This document shows positions 10,135 through 20,071 of a stretch of DNA of 64,000 bases, one piece after another. Made by a program: the position numbers and the translations under genes. The notes beneath the pieces are model-generated. The model was not told the DNA's origin. It saw nothing but the letters and a program-made list of their open reading frames with translations, and made no database searches. Location of the stretch: IMG/VR virus record IMGVR_UViG_3300009709_000001, positions 96,001-160,000 of that record, one strand, 5' to 3'. This stretch comes from a virus (lineage: Duplodnaviria > Heunggongvirae > Uroviricota > Caudoviricetes). The first letter of the stretch is position 1; every line of letters begins with the position of its first letter.

Positions 10135-10574
10135 CTGTTAACCACTAGGTTAAATCGAAGATTGGTTCGTTCTTCGGGTTGCAATAATCGATCTTCCTGC
10201 AGATTCCAAAACCCTATTTTGGAATCATCAAAATACTTTCCACCGAATGCTAGTTGGTGTTGATCGCTATTTCCACAACCACCTTCAATATTTAACACTC
10301 GGCAAAGTTTCCAGACTGCAGGCCAACCATTGTAATCTCTTTTTTCGCAGCCGGACAATTCATTATTGTTGACATACAGATATCGAATTTTAAGTTGAGA
10401 TGCAGTCTTCTTCAGGGTGTCCCACATCTTATCCTGAACTTGTCTGTATTCATCAAGTTCCATCAACAAACAGGCTCTTACCAGCGGGCAAGATTCTCTC
10501 GAAATCTGTTGCTCTTTTTTGAGAAGTTCGCGCAACTTAACAATGTCATCATCAGTCATTGACTTAGTATACAT
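10131..10574 (-). CDS. hypothetical protein
   Basis: 147-aa ORF overlapping both neighbours in a minus-strand run. Confidence 0.7.
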   Translation of the reverse strand: MYTKSMTDDDIVKLRELLKKEQQISRESCPLVRACLLMELDEYRQVQDKMWDTLKKTASQLKIRYLYVNNNELSGCEKRDYNGWPAVWKLCRVLNIEGGCGNSDQHQLAFGGKYFDDSKIGFWNLQEDRLLQPEERTNLRFNLVVNR

Positions 10575-11437
10575 TATTTTTCGTTCCTTTGCAAATTTCC
10601 AGTAAGCCTAATTTTCGTGTTTGCTTGTTCCACTTCCTTCAAGATCGACAATCTCTCATTCTTATCTTCGCCAAGTATTGCCTTGACATCTTTCGGTAAG
10701 CAGCTACCACCATAACCATATTGCCCATCGTGCCCCGGAACTTGGAAATGGCTATCACCAAGTCTACCATCATTGGCAAGCAATGTGATAAATTCTGACC
10801 AATCCGAATCTGAACAACTACCATAGACATCGATATAAAGTTGCTGCATCTGATTAAGGAATGCAACCTTCATCGCTAAGAATGAGTTGATTGCATACTT
10901 GACCATCGAAGCTGCCCTAAAATCGACATAACTAAAGTTGATATTCATCCTAATCTGTGAATGGTTTGTATATATGGTTCTCAACTCATTACAATCGTGC
11001 CAATTTCCGGCCATAATTATTGAACTCGGATTCAGAACATCAAATTCCCAATTCGATTCCCTTAGAAATTCCGGAGAGTAAATAAATCGCAATGGCCCTT
11101 CTTTCCTTAGGATCTTATCCGATGCGAATTCCTCACACAAATCGTTGATTGCTGCAGGAGGAACTGTGCTCTTAAGCACGACTAAGCCCGCATAAGTTTG
11201 GTCCACTAAAACCTGCAAAACATTGCGGATTATGCTTATGTCCACAGACCCATCCGCTAGTGTGGGCGCAGGGACAGACACAAAAATTACACGCGGATTA
11301 AATTCCCAAACCATATTATAGATGGAGTGATGTGGATGAGTTTTTGGATCAACCACATAGGACACCGAATTATGTTCGAAAACATATTCCTGCGCACGAC
11401 CTACAAAACCGTAACCAATAAATCCTAGTTTTAGCAT
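10574..11437 (-). CDS. UDP-glucose/GDP-mannose dehydrogenase family protein (lacking C-terminal domain)
   Basis: GYGFVG Rossmann motif, VPAP, LKSTVPP, PEFLRE, KYAINSFLAMKV, GYGGSCLPKD. Confidence 0.9.
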   Translation of the reverse strand: MLKLGFIGYGFVGRAQEYVFEHNSVSYVVDPKTHPHHSIYNMVWEFNPRVIFVSVPAPTLADGSVDISIIRNVLQVLVDQTYAGLVVLKSTVPPAAINDLCEEFASDKILRKEGPLRFIYSPEFLRESNWEFDVLNPSSIIMAGNWHDCNELRTIYTNHSQIRMNINFSYVDFRAASMVKYAINSFLAMKVAFLNQMQQLYIDVYGSCSDSDWSEFITLLANDGRLGDSHFQVPGHDGQYGYGGSCLPKDVKAILGEDKNERLSILKEVEQANTKIRLTGNLQRNEK

Positions 11438-11452
11438 CTTACCTCCTAAAAA

Positions 11453-11482
11453 AAATGGTAGTGAGTTTCCCCACTACCATTT
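11453..11482 (-). terminator. intrinsic terminator
   Basis: AAATGGTAGTGGG-GAAA-CTCACTACCATTT running into a T tract. Confidence 0.7.
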
Positions 11483-11485
11483 CCC

Positions 11486-11673
11486 TGTATGTACCTAGGC
11501 ACCCCACCTAAGTTCCCCGTCCTGCATTTCGGATCCTCCGTGGTTACATTCCAATTGTAGTCGGAAGTGCCACTCCGCCCTTAATAGAAGCATGTATACC
11601 GGTACCGGCATTTGTCACATAGGCCCTACGTATCGACTGCAGGTTCTCGACCGGCCCTACAAGGCCACATACA
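11486..11673 (-). ncRNA. candidate structured ncRNA (~190 nt)
   Basis: GC-rich intergenic block closed by TGTATGT/ACATACA, with internal CCTGCA/TGCAGG and CTTAGGT/GCCTAGG stems; terminator follows. Confidence 0.5.
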
Positions 11674-11679
11674 AAAACC

Positions 11680-12063
11680 TTACTTTAAAGCTCCAATTGC
11701 ATTATACGTTTCGCATTGTATCTTTGCAAGAGCTTCAATCTTTTCATCATATGGTATATCATCCTTTTCAGGCTTCTTACCATATACTCTTTTAGTTATC
11801 TTCTCAAAATTGCGCATCAAATCATACAGATTATGTTGCACGATCTTCGAGTACGATTTCGATTGCTTTGCGACATAACTATCGACGCAGGCTGCAATCT
11901 TATTCTCCCTTTCTACCAAGTCTGGTAGATCTTTTAGCTCAAATACGAACTGGTCGGCGAATATCTGGTGCACCTGCAATATCGGTGATATTTCAACAGG
12001 TGTCTCAGGTTTAGCAAATGCACTCGAAGATAAAGCTATCAGAAGAGAAAGTAATACTCTCAT
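11680..12063 (-). CDS. hypothetical secreted protein
   Basis: signal peptide MRVLLSLLIALSSSAFA; two Cys. Confidence 0.7.
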   Translation of the reverse strand: MRVLLSLLIALSSSAFAKPETPVEISPILQVHQIFADQFVFELKDLPDLVERENKIAACVDSYVAKQSKSYSKIVQHNLYDLMRNFEKITKRVYGKKPEKDDIPYDEKIEALAKIQCETYNAIGALK

Positions 12064-12091
12064 TTTCTAAAGAAGGGGCGAACCCCTTCTT

Positions 12092-13081
12092 TTAGACTTC
12101 AGTGCCGTCCTGGCGAACGATCTTCAGCTTAGCCTTCTTGCCGTCGATGTTACGCTGCACTTGCTCGATTGCGTCGAGATAAGTCATGTTGGTGTATTCA
12201 ACTGCACCACCGTTCACACGAACCAGGTTGTACAACTCATCGGCCGGATCATCTTCTGGCTGAGTTGGCTTCACGCCAGTCGGGAAAGGCCATGCAGCAA
12301 GAGCAGCATCCTTCTTAGCAGGCTTCTTGCTGAAGTCGCCATTGATTACCTTGCTGAATGCTTCTGCAGGGTTGCCGTTCACTTGACCAACCACTTCGTA
12401 CTTGCAGCAACGACCCTTCGCACCATTATAGTCCTTAGGAACGCTAACCACATCAGCAGGGTTGATCTTCAGGATCATGACTGGATCACCACCAGAACCG
12501 AAATGCTGCAGATAGCTTTCGCTGCAGAAGTGCAAACCGCTGGAGCAATAGGAATCAGGATTGTCGTCAACCGAGTTACGATCCATTTCAACAACTTCAC
12601 CGATACCATTGAAAATAGTGTTCGAGTGAAGGTCGTTGTAGTTGTCCTTACGCACCTTCTTGAATGCAAGGAAGTGGCCGTCTTCAGTAATCGGCAGGCT
12701 GTTGCGCTCAAGGAAGTCATACATCTGATTGACAGAACGCATGGATGGGTTCAGCATCAAATTTTCCATGAAACGAATCATCGGATCGATCGGGAAACCG
12801 TCCTGATACATTTGAATCATTCGCTTTGCCAAGCTATTATGGAAAGGTTGGCCCTTCCAGAAAATTTCGTCGCCTTCGATACTCACATGACCAGCACCAA
12901 AGTTAACGATAGCCTTTTTCGGTTCGATCAGGTCGCGCAGGGCGTCCCAATCCTTTTCCTTCAGTGCATCGATAATTTTCGTGTACGAGATGTGTGTACT
13001 TTGGCTGACAGTGTGGCTTTTTCCATCAACCACGAGGATGATGTTTTTGCCTTGCAGCAGATAAGGAATTGCCTTAGTCAT
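12092..13081 (-). CDS. rIIB: rIIB protein
   Basis: FMENLM.NPS, ITEDGHFLAFKKV, CSSGLHFCS, INPADVVSVP.DY...KGRCCKYEV; follows rIIA. Confidence 0.93.
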   Translation of the reverse strand: MTKAIPYLLQGKNIILVVDGKSHTVSQSTHISYTKIIDALKEKDWDALRDLIEPKKAIVNFGAGHVSIEGDEIFWKGQPFHNSLAKRMIQMYQDGFPIDPMIRFMENLMLNPSMRSVNQMYDFLERNSLPITEDGHFLAFKKVRKDNYNDLHSNTIFNGIGEVVEMDRNSVDDNPDSYCSSGLHFCSESYLQHFGSGGDPVMILKINPADVVSVPKDYNGAKGRCCKYEVVGQVNGNPAEAFSKVINGDFSKKPAKKDAALAAWPFPTGVKPTQPEDDPADELYNLVRVNGGAVEYTNMTYLDAIEQVQRNIDGKKAKLKIVRQDGTEV

Positions 13082-15215
13082 TTGTGTTCTCCGTTTTATC
13101 AATCAATTTAATGTAATCAGCTACCAATTTATCAGGAGCATATTTCAAATGCTCAAGCAGAGGATATCTTGCCTTTAGGGCATCCTTTTCCTTCTGCACT
13201 TTCTTCTGGATATCGGCAACCTTTACAGTTTTACCGTACTTGGCACTCAACGATACCAATCCAGCGAGATCATTTTGCGCATGGTAATAGCCAGTCGGCG
13301 TTACCTTGCTTGTTTTCGGGTTTGTATGCATCGCAACAAACTCCGAATACTTGGAGTCTTTGCCCACAAGCTTCGCAATGTCCTTGTTAGTATAGCATGT
13401 TTCGCCGTATCCGTCAAACATATTGAGTGCAATGGCCGACTCAATATCTGCATCAGATACCTTCATAACTTCTTCTTTAACTTTCTCTTCGACCCAGACC
13501 CAGTTCGTCAGAGGTTTGATATCTTTCAAGACACTCTTACGCACACCGTAAATCGGAAGTCTATCTAAAGTCTTGATGCCCGAATTCTGAAGCTGAGATA
13601 CTAGTTCGAATAGAGCAAAATGATCTCCCTCAAGTGTTTGAGGAGAGTAGTTGCTCAAGGCCACATAGTTATATGTGACAGTATCGTCGTTCTCAAAACC
13701 GTCGCCCACAGGAACCCAGGTGTAATCACTTCTACCGGACCTGTATTCAAGTTGCATGATGCCTTGCTTAGTTTCGGCCTTAATGCGTTCTTTCTTCTGA
13801 AGTGTGCTTGCCTTGACCACGGTGTGTGGTGAATGAAGTTCCTTCAAGAACTTGTCGTACGCCTCTTGACGCACAGCCATATCCGGGCTCGAATGCGACA
13901 CGCAATAGATATTAACATGAGAACCATGATGATTCACATAGTGATATCGAGCACGAGTAGCACAACCAGTTTTTAGGTCATTCAACACAATAATCGTGTC
14001 GTCTGACACAGGAATGTTCATGCTATAAACGTAATTACCGTTTACATACTTCGATCTGTGGTTGATCTTAGAACTACCTGTACCATGGCAGGATGCTGCT
14101 ACGATTTCGAGATCCTTTTGCTTGAGTTCATCGAGCGTAAAGCTGAATTCAAAATGACCGTAATAGTTATTCGGATCGAAAAGCTTGAACTTGGTATCTG
14201 CAACATATTTCTTGACTGCTGCACCATACAAACGAGACCTGGATTCAGCTCCAAGATATACAGAACGCTTCCATTCACAAGTGATTGCGTCGGCTTTAGC
14301 CTTCAAATGGCTAACCAAGTTGTTGTTAACTTCGGTCAGTTTTTCCTTGATGCTACGAAGCGTCAATGGAACATAGCTGAGCTCTTCACGAGAAGCTGCA
14401 AAGTCCAACTTACCGATATCAAATTCGATAATTAGACCACATTCGAGCAGGTCTGCCAAATCACCAAAATGCTTTCTTGCCTCTGGGATCTTGTTGAGCG
14501 GATAGGCAATGTTACCCATCACCGCCATACAACCATGACTGCCCCAGGTATGTACACCGGGAACAATGTCCTTTTCAGTGTAACGAACTGGTTCAAGTGT
14601 TACCTTAGCACCTGTAATCGTAGGCAAAACCTTAAACCACTTAAATACTTCCACTGCTTCGTGTCGGAAGCTATCGTAATCGTATTTGTCAGTGACGCTG
14701 AACTTAACTTCAACGCCGTTGCTTTCAGATGACTCTTCTGCAGACATGGCAGTAACGCAAGGAACACCTTGGTCGTTAATATAAGCGCTATAGATGCGCT
14801 TCATGCCGTCTTTGACTGCCGTTACCGTAAAATTCTCGGTATAGCTGAAGGGTGACTTAGAGCCAAGGCCAAGTGCACCAATGAAATCATTCGAGTTGGT
14901 CTTTGTAGATTCGAAATAGGTGGTGTAAATATTCATCACCTGTGAATCGTCAAGGCCAGTACCGAAGTCGCGAACTGCAAACCATGGTTCGAGCATAGTA
15001 GGTAGGTGAACTTCAAAGGGAACATCTGCCTTACCTGCGGCTACATGGCTATCAACCGCATTGCAAGAAAGTTCGCGGATGATTGCTCTCTTTTTGTTCG
15101 AATACAAACCGTCCGAAAGAATCTTGAATGCTTTTGCCGAGTTGCGAATTTTAAATTCGCCCGACGCACCTACGTTCGATAATGTAACCTCATTAACTGC
15201 TACGTCAAGTTTCAT
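13074..15215 (-). CDS. rIIA: rIIA protein
   Basis: GHKL ATPase N-terminus: KAFKILSDGLYSNK..AIIRELSCNAVDSH, VRDFGTGL, STK, GALGLGSKSPFSY; SREELSY. Confidence 0.93.
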   Translation of the reverse strand: MKLDVAVNEVTLSNVGASGEFKIRNSAKAFKILSDGLYSNKKRAIIRELSCNAVDSHVAAGKADVPFEVHLPTMLEPWFAVRDFGTGLDDSQVMNIYTTYFESTKTNSNDFIGALGLGSKSPFSYTENFTVTAVKDGMKRIYSAYINDQGVPCVTAMSAEESSESNGVEVKFSVTDKYDYDSFRHEAVEVFKWFKVLPTITGAKVTLEPVRYTEKDIVPGVHTWGSHGCMAVMGNIAYPLNKIPEARKHFGDLADLLECGLIIEFDIGKLDFAASREELSYVPLTLRSIKEKLTEVNNNLVSHLKAKADAITCEWKRSVYLGAESRSRLYGAAVKKYVADTKFKLFDPNNYYGHFEFSFTLDELKQKDLEIVAASCHGTGSSKINHRSKYVNGNYVYSMNIPVSDDTIIVLNDLKTGCATRARYHYVNHHGSHVNIYCVSHSSPDMAVRQEAYDKFLKELHSPHTVVKASTLQKKERIKAETKQGIMQLEYRSGRSDYTWVPVGDGFENDDTVTYNYVALSNYSPQTLEGDHFALFELVSQLQNSGIKTLDRLPIYGVRKSVLKDIKPLTNWVWVEEKVKEEVMKVSDADIESAIALNMFDGYGETCYTNKDIAKLVGKDSKYSEFVAMHTNPKTSKVTPTGYYHAQNDLAGLVSLSAKYGKTVKVADIQKKVQKEKDALKARYPLLEHLKYAPDKLVADYIKLIDKTENTND

Positions 15216-15383
15216 TGTTGTTATTTTCCTGTGTGTGGATCAAAGTTAGATTTTGCAAATTTGTCAACTGGTTTGTCAATTTTGACTATTGCTTTTTGAT
15301 AATGTAGTTATCAAACCGACTTGTTTATGATAAATACAATATCGAAAATGGTTTCGATACTAAAGAGTAAAGGAGAGGCCCAA

Positions 15384-15809
15384 ATGGGAAGACCTATTCA
15401 AAAGAAATGGTTCGGGTTAGCATCGCTATCTGGCAACCAAATCGTTGTCAATGGCGTTAAGTTCGCCGATGGTACAACTGCATCGAATGCTTACATCGTT
15501 AAGCAAACCGGTTCTGCAGCTTATGTTGTTCAAGATACCGCGAAGACTCACGCACCAGAAATCGTATTCATGGTTAACGCAAATGCATTGTCGGCATTGT
15601 TGCCAGGTCAGTGTTTCATTACTGCAACACCGTTCGGTGGCTCTGCACTTCCATGCGCGAAGATTGCACAGTTCCGTGTCGATCTTTACACAACACCTAA
15701 CAGTGTTCCACGTGAAGTTGGTGATCCAGCAGTTCAGGCACAGGCAAGCTACACATGGTCGACACAACCAGCTGTCGCTCCAGGTCAAGCTAATCTTAAC
15801 CTAGCTTAA
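15384..15809 (+). CDS. probable virion protein (MGRP.KK.FG family)
   Basis: late motif GATAAATA 15329-15336, AGGAG SD, MGRPIQKKWFG start, YIVKQTGS. Confidence 0.6.
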   Translation: MGRPIQKKWFGLASLSGNQIVVNGVKFADGTTASNAYIVKQTGSAAYVVQDTAKTHAPEIVFMVNANALSALLPGQCFITATPFGGSALPCAKIAQFRVDLYTTPNSVPREVGDPAVQAQASYTWSTQPAVAPGQANLNLA

Positions 15810-15845
15810 AGAATTTTGTTTCTTATTAGGGGACTTTCGGGTCCC

Positions 15846-16028
15846 TTATTTTTTGGCCGCATATTGCAGAATGACGTATCCAATCCAACTTAAACCAAGC
15901 ACAACCAGAAAAGCATAGAACTTTGCCCATCCGGTATAGAAATCGGATCTTAAAATCGCAATTATTGGATAAATGAGAAATGCGAACAGTACAAATAGTA
16001 CCATTGCAAGATAGAGAAGAAATTCCAT
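15846..16028 (-). CDS. small two-TM membrane protein
   Basis: two hydrophobic segments in 60 aa. Confidence 0.55.
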   Translation of the reverse strand: MEFLLYLAMVLFVLFAFLIYPIIAILRSDFYTGWAKFYAFLVVLGLSWIGYVILQYAAKK

Positions 16029-16057
16029 GAATCAAACCTGTGTCTATAAATATCACT

Positions 16058-16561
16058 ATGAAATGCTTACATTGCGACAAACCGTTACTCGGTCAATATC
16101 AAAAGAAATTCTGCAACAGATCTTGTTCCGCTTCGTTTAATAACGCATTCAAAATTAAGAATGGAAAATACTTATCGAAACAATGTTCTATTTGTAGTGA
16201 AGGTACTAATAACCCGAAATACTGCTCCCTTATCTGCAGAAACAAAAATCTTGCTAAACCAAGAAAATATAAAACGCAGGAAGAAAGGGATTGTGCTCGA
16301 AAACTTCTGCAAAGAGAAGCATACGCAAGGTATGCTGCTAAGAAGAGAAATCAAACACCAATCGATGCCGATTTAAAAGCTATTAAGGAATTTTATTTAG
16401 GTTGCCCCAATGGGCATGAAGTCGATCATATTATACCAATTTCGAAAGGTGGTTTGCACACCTTATCAAATCTCCAATATCTAACTATTTCGGAGAATAG
16501 AAAGAAATCAAATAAAATTTTGGTACCCCCGCCCAGAATCGAACTGGGACCTTCCCTTTAG
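16058..16561 (+). CDS. HNH endonuclease
   Basis: Cys-rich repeats (KFCNRSC, KYCSLIC); HEVDHIIPISKGGLH...NLQYL...EN..K; 3' end runs antisense into tRNA-Arg. Confidence 0.88.
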   Translation: MKCLHCDKPLLGQYQKKFCNRSCSASFNNAFKIKNGKYLSKQCSICSEGTNNPKYCSLICRNKNLAKPRKYKTQEERDCARKLLQREAYARYAAKKRNQTPIDADLKAIKEFYLGCPNGHEVDHIIPISKGGLHTLSNLQYLTISENRKKSNKILVPPPRIELGPSL

Positions 16562-16595
16562 GAGAGGACTATTCTGTCCATTGAACTACGGGGAT
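16521..16595 (-). tRNA. tRNA-Arg(CCT)
   Basis: cloverleaf, loop CT-CCT-AA, TTCGATT T-loop, encoded CCA. Confidence 0.9.
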
Positions 16596-16596
16596 T

Positions 16597-17121
16597 TTAA
16601 ACTCTTTTACCTGCTATTAATGCGGCTGCCTTATTCGCCTGGTCGGCGCGGCATTTAGATAATTTGGCAGAGGCGGATGCTAATTTGCTCCGGATTCCCT
16701 GACCTTCGGCAATTGGCAGAGAAACATGATCTAAACACCACTTAGATTTTCGTTTCAATTCAGCAAACTGGTCTTCAAATTCTGATAGATTATCAAAATT
16801 AAGATCCGACAATAAATTATCGAAATTGATAACTTCGAACCTAAAATCGCGAGCTGCTGTTTCAATTGGTATTTCTTTTCCCGCGGATGCATTTTGCAAA
16901 GACACAATCTGCTCCGTCAGAGAAGAAATCTGCAATCTTAGCTCGGTAACAGAATTTTCTGTCTGTATTAATCGGTTTCTTGACACTGGCAAAATCCTGT
17001 CAAGAACCCATTTAACCCAAGGCCTGTCCTTAAACATCCAGGTAAGTACAGCCGGGATAAAACCAATAAGGAATAAGCTTAATGCGCTCAATCCTGCATA
17101 CCAGCCGATACTGCGGCCCAA
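16597..17121 (-). CDS. hypothetical membrane-anchored coiled-coil protein
   Basis: N-terminal TM segment followed by a heptad region. Confidence 0.55.
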   Translation of the reverse strand: MGRSIGWYAGLSALSLFLIGFIPAVLTWMFKDRPWVKWVLDRILPVSRNRLIQTENSVTELRLQISSLTEQIVSLQNASAGKEIPIETAARDFRFEVINFDNLLSDLNFDNLSEFEDQFAELKRKSKWCLDHVSLPIAEGQGIRSKLASASAKLSKCRADQANKAAALIAGKRV

Positions 17122-17151
17122 ATTATCGAAAATTCAAACATATTTATATGG

Positions 17152-17240
17152 TGGCGGATAGCTGAGGTCTCGATCCCCATACAGTTTCCCATACAGCCTG
17201 TTTTCGAGGCAGGTCTAGCGCCCTGGCTAGTTAACTATCC
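17152..17240 (-). tRNA. tRNA-Ser(CGA), atypical fold
   Basis: loop CT-CGA-AA, long V-arm, 5-bp D-stem CTAGC/GCTAG, T-loop ATCGAGA, G73-CCA. Confidence 0.8.
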
Positions 17241-17431
17241 GAATTTTTATTTATCTGTCGTCGAGATAATCGCTTTCACGCCTGTAATAATCTTCTTTAT
17301 CCCTAACCTTCTTGTGTCGGGATTCATCTGCAGGCGGCTTGAACTTTTTATTCTTAATCTGATGAAATTCAAATTCATCAGGTTCATCTTCATCCATATG
17401 TTCGATATCGCGATATCTGCGTGACATGATT

Positions 17432-17665
17432 TTAATTGATCTTAGAAACTTCCAATAGAAGACCGGTTAAACTTCCAACGTGCTTATCGTCAAGGAAGAT
17501 TTGCGGTACTGCACGGATTTTTGCACCAACACGTTCTTCGAGGCTTCGAAGATTTACAGTGTCATCGATGTCAATGTAGTCGTAATCGATTGATTTGTTT
17601 TTGCAGAATGCAACCGCATCCTTACAAGTGGTGCACCAACTAGCGCCATAAATCTCAACTTTCAT
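17432..17665 (-). CDS. glutaredoxin
   Basis: WCTTC CxxC motif, VPQIF; sigma70 promoter upstream. Confidence 0.9.
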   Translation of the reverse strand: MKVEIYGASWCTTCKDAVAFCKNKSIDYDYIDIDDTVNLRSLEERVGAKIRAVPQIFLDDKHVGSLTGLLLEVSKIN

Positions 17666-17713
17666 ATTTTTCTCCATTTGATAACTACTTATCAAGTTTG
17701 CAGCGCTCGTATA

Positions 17714-17742
17714 ACTATACAGAAATACCAGTAAATTGTCAA
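17714..17742 (-). promoter_or_regulatory. sigma70-type promoter
   Basis: TTGACA-17 nt-TATAGT. Confidence 0.75.
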
Positions 17743-17955
17743 CTACTCAATAATTGTCATGAATTCCAGGGTCCCATCTGGGTATTCGAAGATACCAATT
17801 GATTCAATTTTACGATTGGCCCACTTGCGATCTCGGGGAATTTCCGAAACTTTTAATACCAGTACGTTTTTTCTATAGGTTTCTGTTATTTTTACGATGG
17901 TTCCTCTGAACCCTTGGAAGCTGAGTTTGCTCCCTTCACTGAAGAATGATGCCAT
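17743..17955 (-). CDS. hypothetical protein
   Basis: 70-aa ORF in the minus-strand run; ends in TAG. Confidence 0.65.
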   Translation of the reverse strand: MASFFSEGSKLSFQGFRGTIVKITETYRKNVLVLKVSEIPRDRKWANRKIESIGIFEYPDGTLEFMTIIE

Positions 17956-17958
17956 ATT

Positions 17959-18498
17959 TTAACCAGTTAATGTACTCAGGTCTTCCATGACCAAATGAAT
18001 ACGTCGTTTTCTACTACCATTAAGGAATGTATGACTTCGAAGCGTATTCAAAAGATATAGATTACCATCTGCTGGTATGTGTATCATCTTCTCTTCATCA
18101 GGAAACAGAAATAAACATTTCGGGTTTGTTTCAATAACGTAGTGATATCTCTTCGATAAGTCCTTGTGTATTGTGTAGGCGCACGGGCCTTGCATCACCA
18201 TGATACGAAATCTACCAATAGACGGAATTGTCTGGTACATTTCATACAGTGATGTATCCCTGAATTCAGAATTGAATTCAGTAAAATCAGTTTCCTGAAA
18301 CTTATATGTTCCGGTATGTACATCGTACATGGAACCCCAGCCTTCTGTCAACTTTTCGAGTTGAGTCATCTCTTTACTCGAATGTGTCAGATTGATCTGT
18401 AATATAGGTGGATACTGATCCACAATTTTCATAACATCCTGCTTAACCCGTTCGAAATCGAAATTATATTGAGTTAACTTGGTTATGAAATCTGTCAT
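17959..18498 (-). CDS. Asp/Asn beta-hydroxylase-like 2OG-Fe(II) oxygenase
   Basis: GRFRIM....AYTIHKD...RYH...HT.LNGS...RIHLV (HxD...H triad plus Arg). Confidence 0.75.
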   Translation of the reverse strand: MTDFITKLTQYNFDFERVKQDVMKIVDQYPPILQINLTHSSKEMTQLEKLTEGWGSMYDVHTGTYKFQETDFTEFNSEFRDTSLYEMYQTIPSIGRFRIMVMQGPCAYTIHKDLSKRYHYVIETNPKCLFLFPDEEKMIHIPADGNLYLLNTLRSHTFLNGSRKRRIHLVMEDLSTLTG

Positions 18499-18499
18499 T

Positions 18500-18574
18500 T
18501 GGTGCGTCTATCAGGAATCGAACCTGAAACTAATACTTCGGAAATATTTATGATGTCCTTTTCACCATAGACGC
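18500..18574 (-). tRNA. tRNA-Arg(CCG)
   Basis: AATAT-TT-CCG-AA-GTATT; T-loop; CCA. Confidence 0.9.
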
Positions 18575-18579
18575 AATTT

Positions 18580-18654
18580 TGGTGCCGATTGTGAGAATCG
18601 AACTCACGTTACCACGTTACGAGGGTGGTGTCAATGCCACTATACTAAATCGGC
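18580..18654 (-). tRNA. tRNA-Thr(CGT)
   Basis: loop CT-CGT-AA; GCCGATT/AATCGGC acceptor; CCA. Confidence 0.88.
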
Positions 18655-18986
18655 TATTCTTTATCTAGGTCTTTTGAGATTTCACCAAAATCTTCTTGAT
18701 CGATTTTGGCAATCTCGTCTTCGTCGAGGTCGTCGTTATCGTTCCTCGGTGCAAATACAAAGGTATCGAGGTCGATGACTTCCTTGTTGTAGGCAAGGTT
18801 CATACGTTCGATGCACTTCTGTGTTTCTTCTACGGATGCACCATAGACTCCTACTACAGTATCGGTGATGGCCCAGATGCTCCCATCCTCGTTGTAATAG
18901 GCTTCACGAATTTCATAAGAAACTTCTTCCCACTCCGTCCCGGGCTGGTAAGTGATCTTACAAAGTCTATAATTCCAACCAGTCAT
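18654..18986 (-). CDS. hypothetical protein
   Basis: WNYRL..YEIREAYYNEDG; acidic tail. Confidence 0.7.
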   Translation of the reverse strand: MTGWNYRLCKITYQPGTEWEEVSYEIREAYYNEDGSIWAITDTVVGVYGASVEETQKCIERMNLAYNKEVIDLDTFVFAPRNDNDDLDEDEIAKIDQEDFGEISKDLDKE

Positions 18987-19183
18987 TTTTGTGCCATCCA
19001 ATTTCTAAGATGTTCTCGTTGTAGTTCTCTTGCGTTGTGAAGCTTGATCAATTGGTCGAGTGGCATTTCACCGATCTTATTCTGTTCGTACATATATTCC
19101 TTATATGCTCTCACCTTTTCGGGATCATTCGCATCTTTGGAACTGAAGTACCTAACTTTTGATGTCCAATCATCGTCACTCAT
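18983..19183 (-). CDS. hypothetical protein
   Basis: overlapping-gene run. Confidence 0.6.
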   Translation of the reverse strand: MSDDDWTSKVRYFSSKDANDPEKVRAYKEYMYEQNKIGEMPLDQLIKLHNARELQREHLRNWMAQK

Positions 19184-19425
19184 TTCTTCACCTGACTTGC
19201 TGCAATCATCTTGGCAGCAATTTCTTGTGCTACATCCTCGGCTGTCTTACCACCACGCTTTCTACGTTGCTTGAGTTGATCTTTAATCCATTGTGGAAAA
19301 TGAGGTCCACTTAAATTATCAATATCCTCGTCTGAGTAGTTATCAATATTATCGAGAACAGCCTGCAATGCAGGCTTCTTCTTCATCTTAGAAAAGAATT
19401 TATCAGGATTTAGGTAACTTCTCAT
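19180..19425 (-). CDS. hypothetical protein
   Basis: overlapping-gene run. Confidence 0.6.
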   Translation of the reverse strand: MRSYLNPDKFFSKMKKKPALQAVLDNIDNYSDEDIDNLSGPHFPQWIKDQLKQRRKRGGKTAEDVAQEIAAKMIAASQVKK

Positions 19426-19891
19426 TCATCAAATCGCGAACTTCCATCAGCACATGGCCGAGTAGGTTCTGTCCTTCCCACTGTGTAGGATCGGTTGCAC
19501 GAGGATCATCTGCTGTCATTCCGATACCCCAAACCTTGTCATACGGACTTGCTTCGACGACGGCAGTTTTACCTGTTGCCAGAAGTTGAGCACCGAGTGC
19601 AGGGTTCTGTTCAAATTTCGACAAACAACCATCAACCATGATGCTGATGCAATTTTCCGACCATACTTTCGGATCGAAGTTGCGAACTTCACGACCAAGC
19701 ATCTTCTGTGCTCGTGGGCTATCTGTTTCCATAATCAGTTGGGCAACTTCGGTATCACCGAACAGCAATGCCTTCTGATGCATCATGTATTGTTCCGAGC
19801 AGTTATACTGCACACCATCGTGCGTGAAGGGGCTCGGATGCCAGTTAGAGAACGGGCTCTCGGATTGCCAGAAGAAAGTGAATCCGCTCAT
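19403..19891 (-). CDS. NADAR family protein (YbiA-like)
   Basis: FSNWH, SEQYMMHQKALLFGD, K.LGR.V, KFEQN, EASPYD.VWGIG, G.NLLG..LM.VR. Confidence 0.93.
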   Translation of the reverse strand: MSGFTFFWQSESPFSNWHPSPFTHDGVQYNCSEQYMMHQKALLFGDTEVAQLIMETDSPRAQKMLGREVRNFDPKVWSENCISIMVDGCLSKFEQNPALGAQLLATGKTAVVEASPYDKVWGIGMTADDPRATDPTQWEGQNLLGHVLMEVRDLMNEKLPKS

Positions 19892-20061
19892 GTCGGCTTC
19901 TCCTCAGAGGTGAAGGCCATTGCCTGCATGTATACTCCGTTGGCAACTACCACACCACCAGTGAGCACCCAGCCACTGTTCAGTAAAAAGTTGACACGTG
20001 ATTCGAGTTCGTCAGGATCTGCGCCCCTAACCACTTTGTAAACATGATATACACCGCTCAT
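19888..20061 (-). CDS. small DUF1737-like protein
   Basis: read by hand (below the ORF-track cutoff): YKVVRGADPDELESRVNFLLNSGWVLTGG.....YMQAM. Confidence 0.6.
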   Translation of the reverse strand: MSGVYHVYKVVRGADPDELESRVNFLLNSGWVLTGGVVVANGVYMQAMAFTSEEKPT

Positions 20062-20071
20062 TTTCTTCCTT

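Noticed and set aside
2288-14732. Long plus-strand ORFs such as 2288-2944, 4919-5614 and 12161-13111
   Set aside because: They are antisense to well-supported genes, a by-product of codon bias.
1955-15215. Genome-wide TAG or TGA reassignment suggested by the suppressor tRNA and the split RF gene
   Set aside because: Long structural and rII genes are uninterrupted in code 11, and TGA and TAG end genes at sensible positions; the only internal stop seen is in the RF gene.
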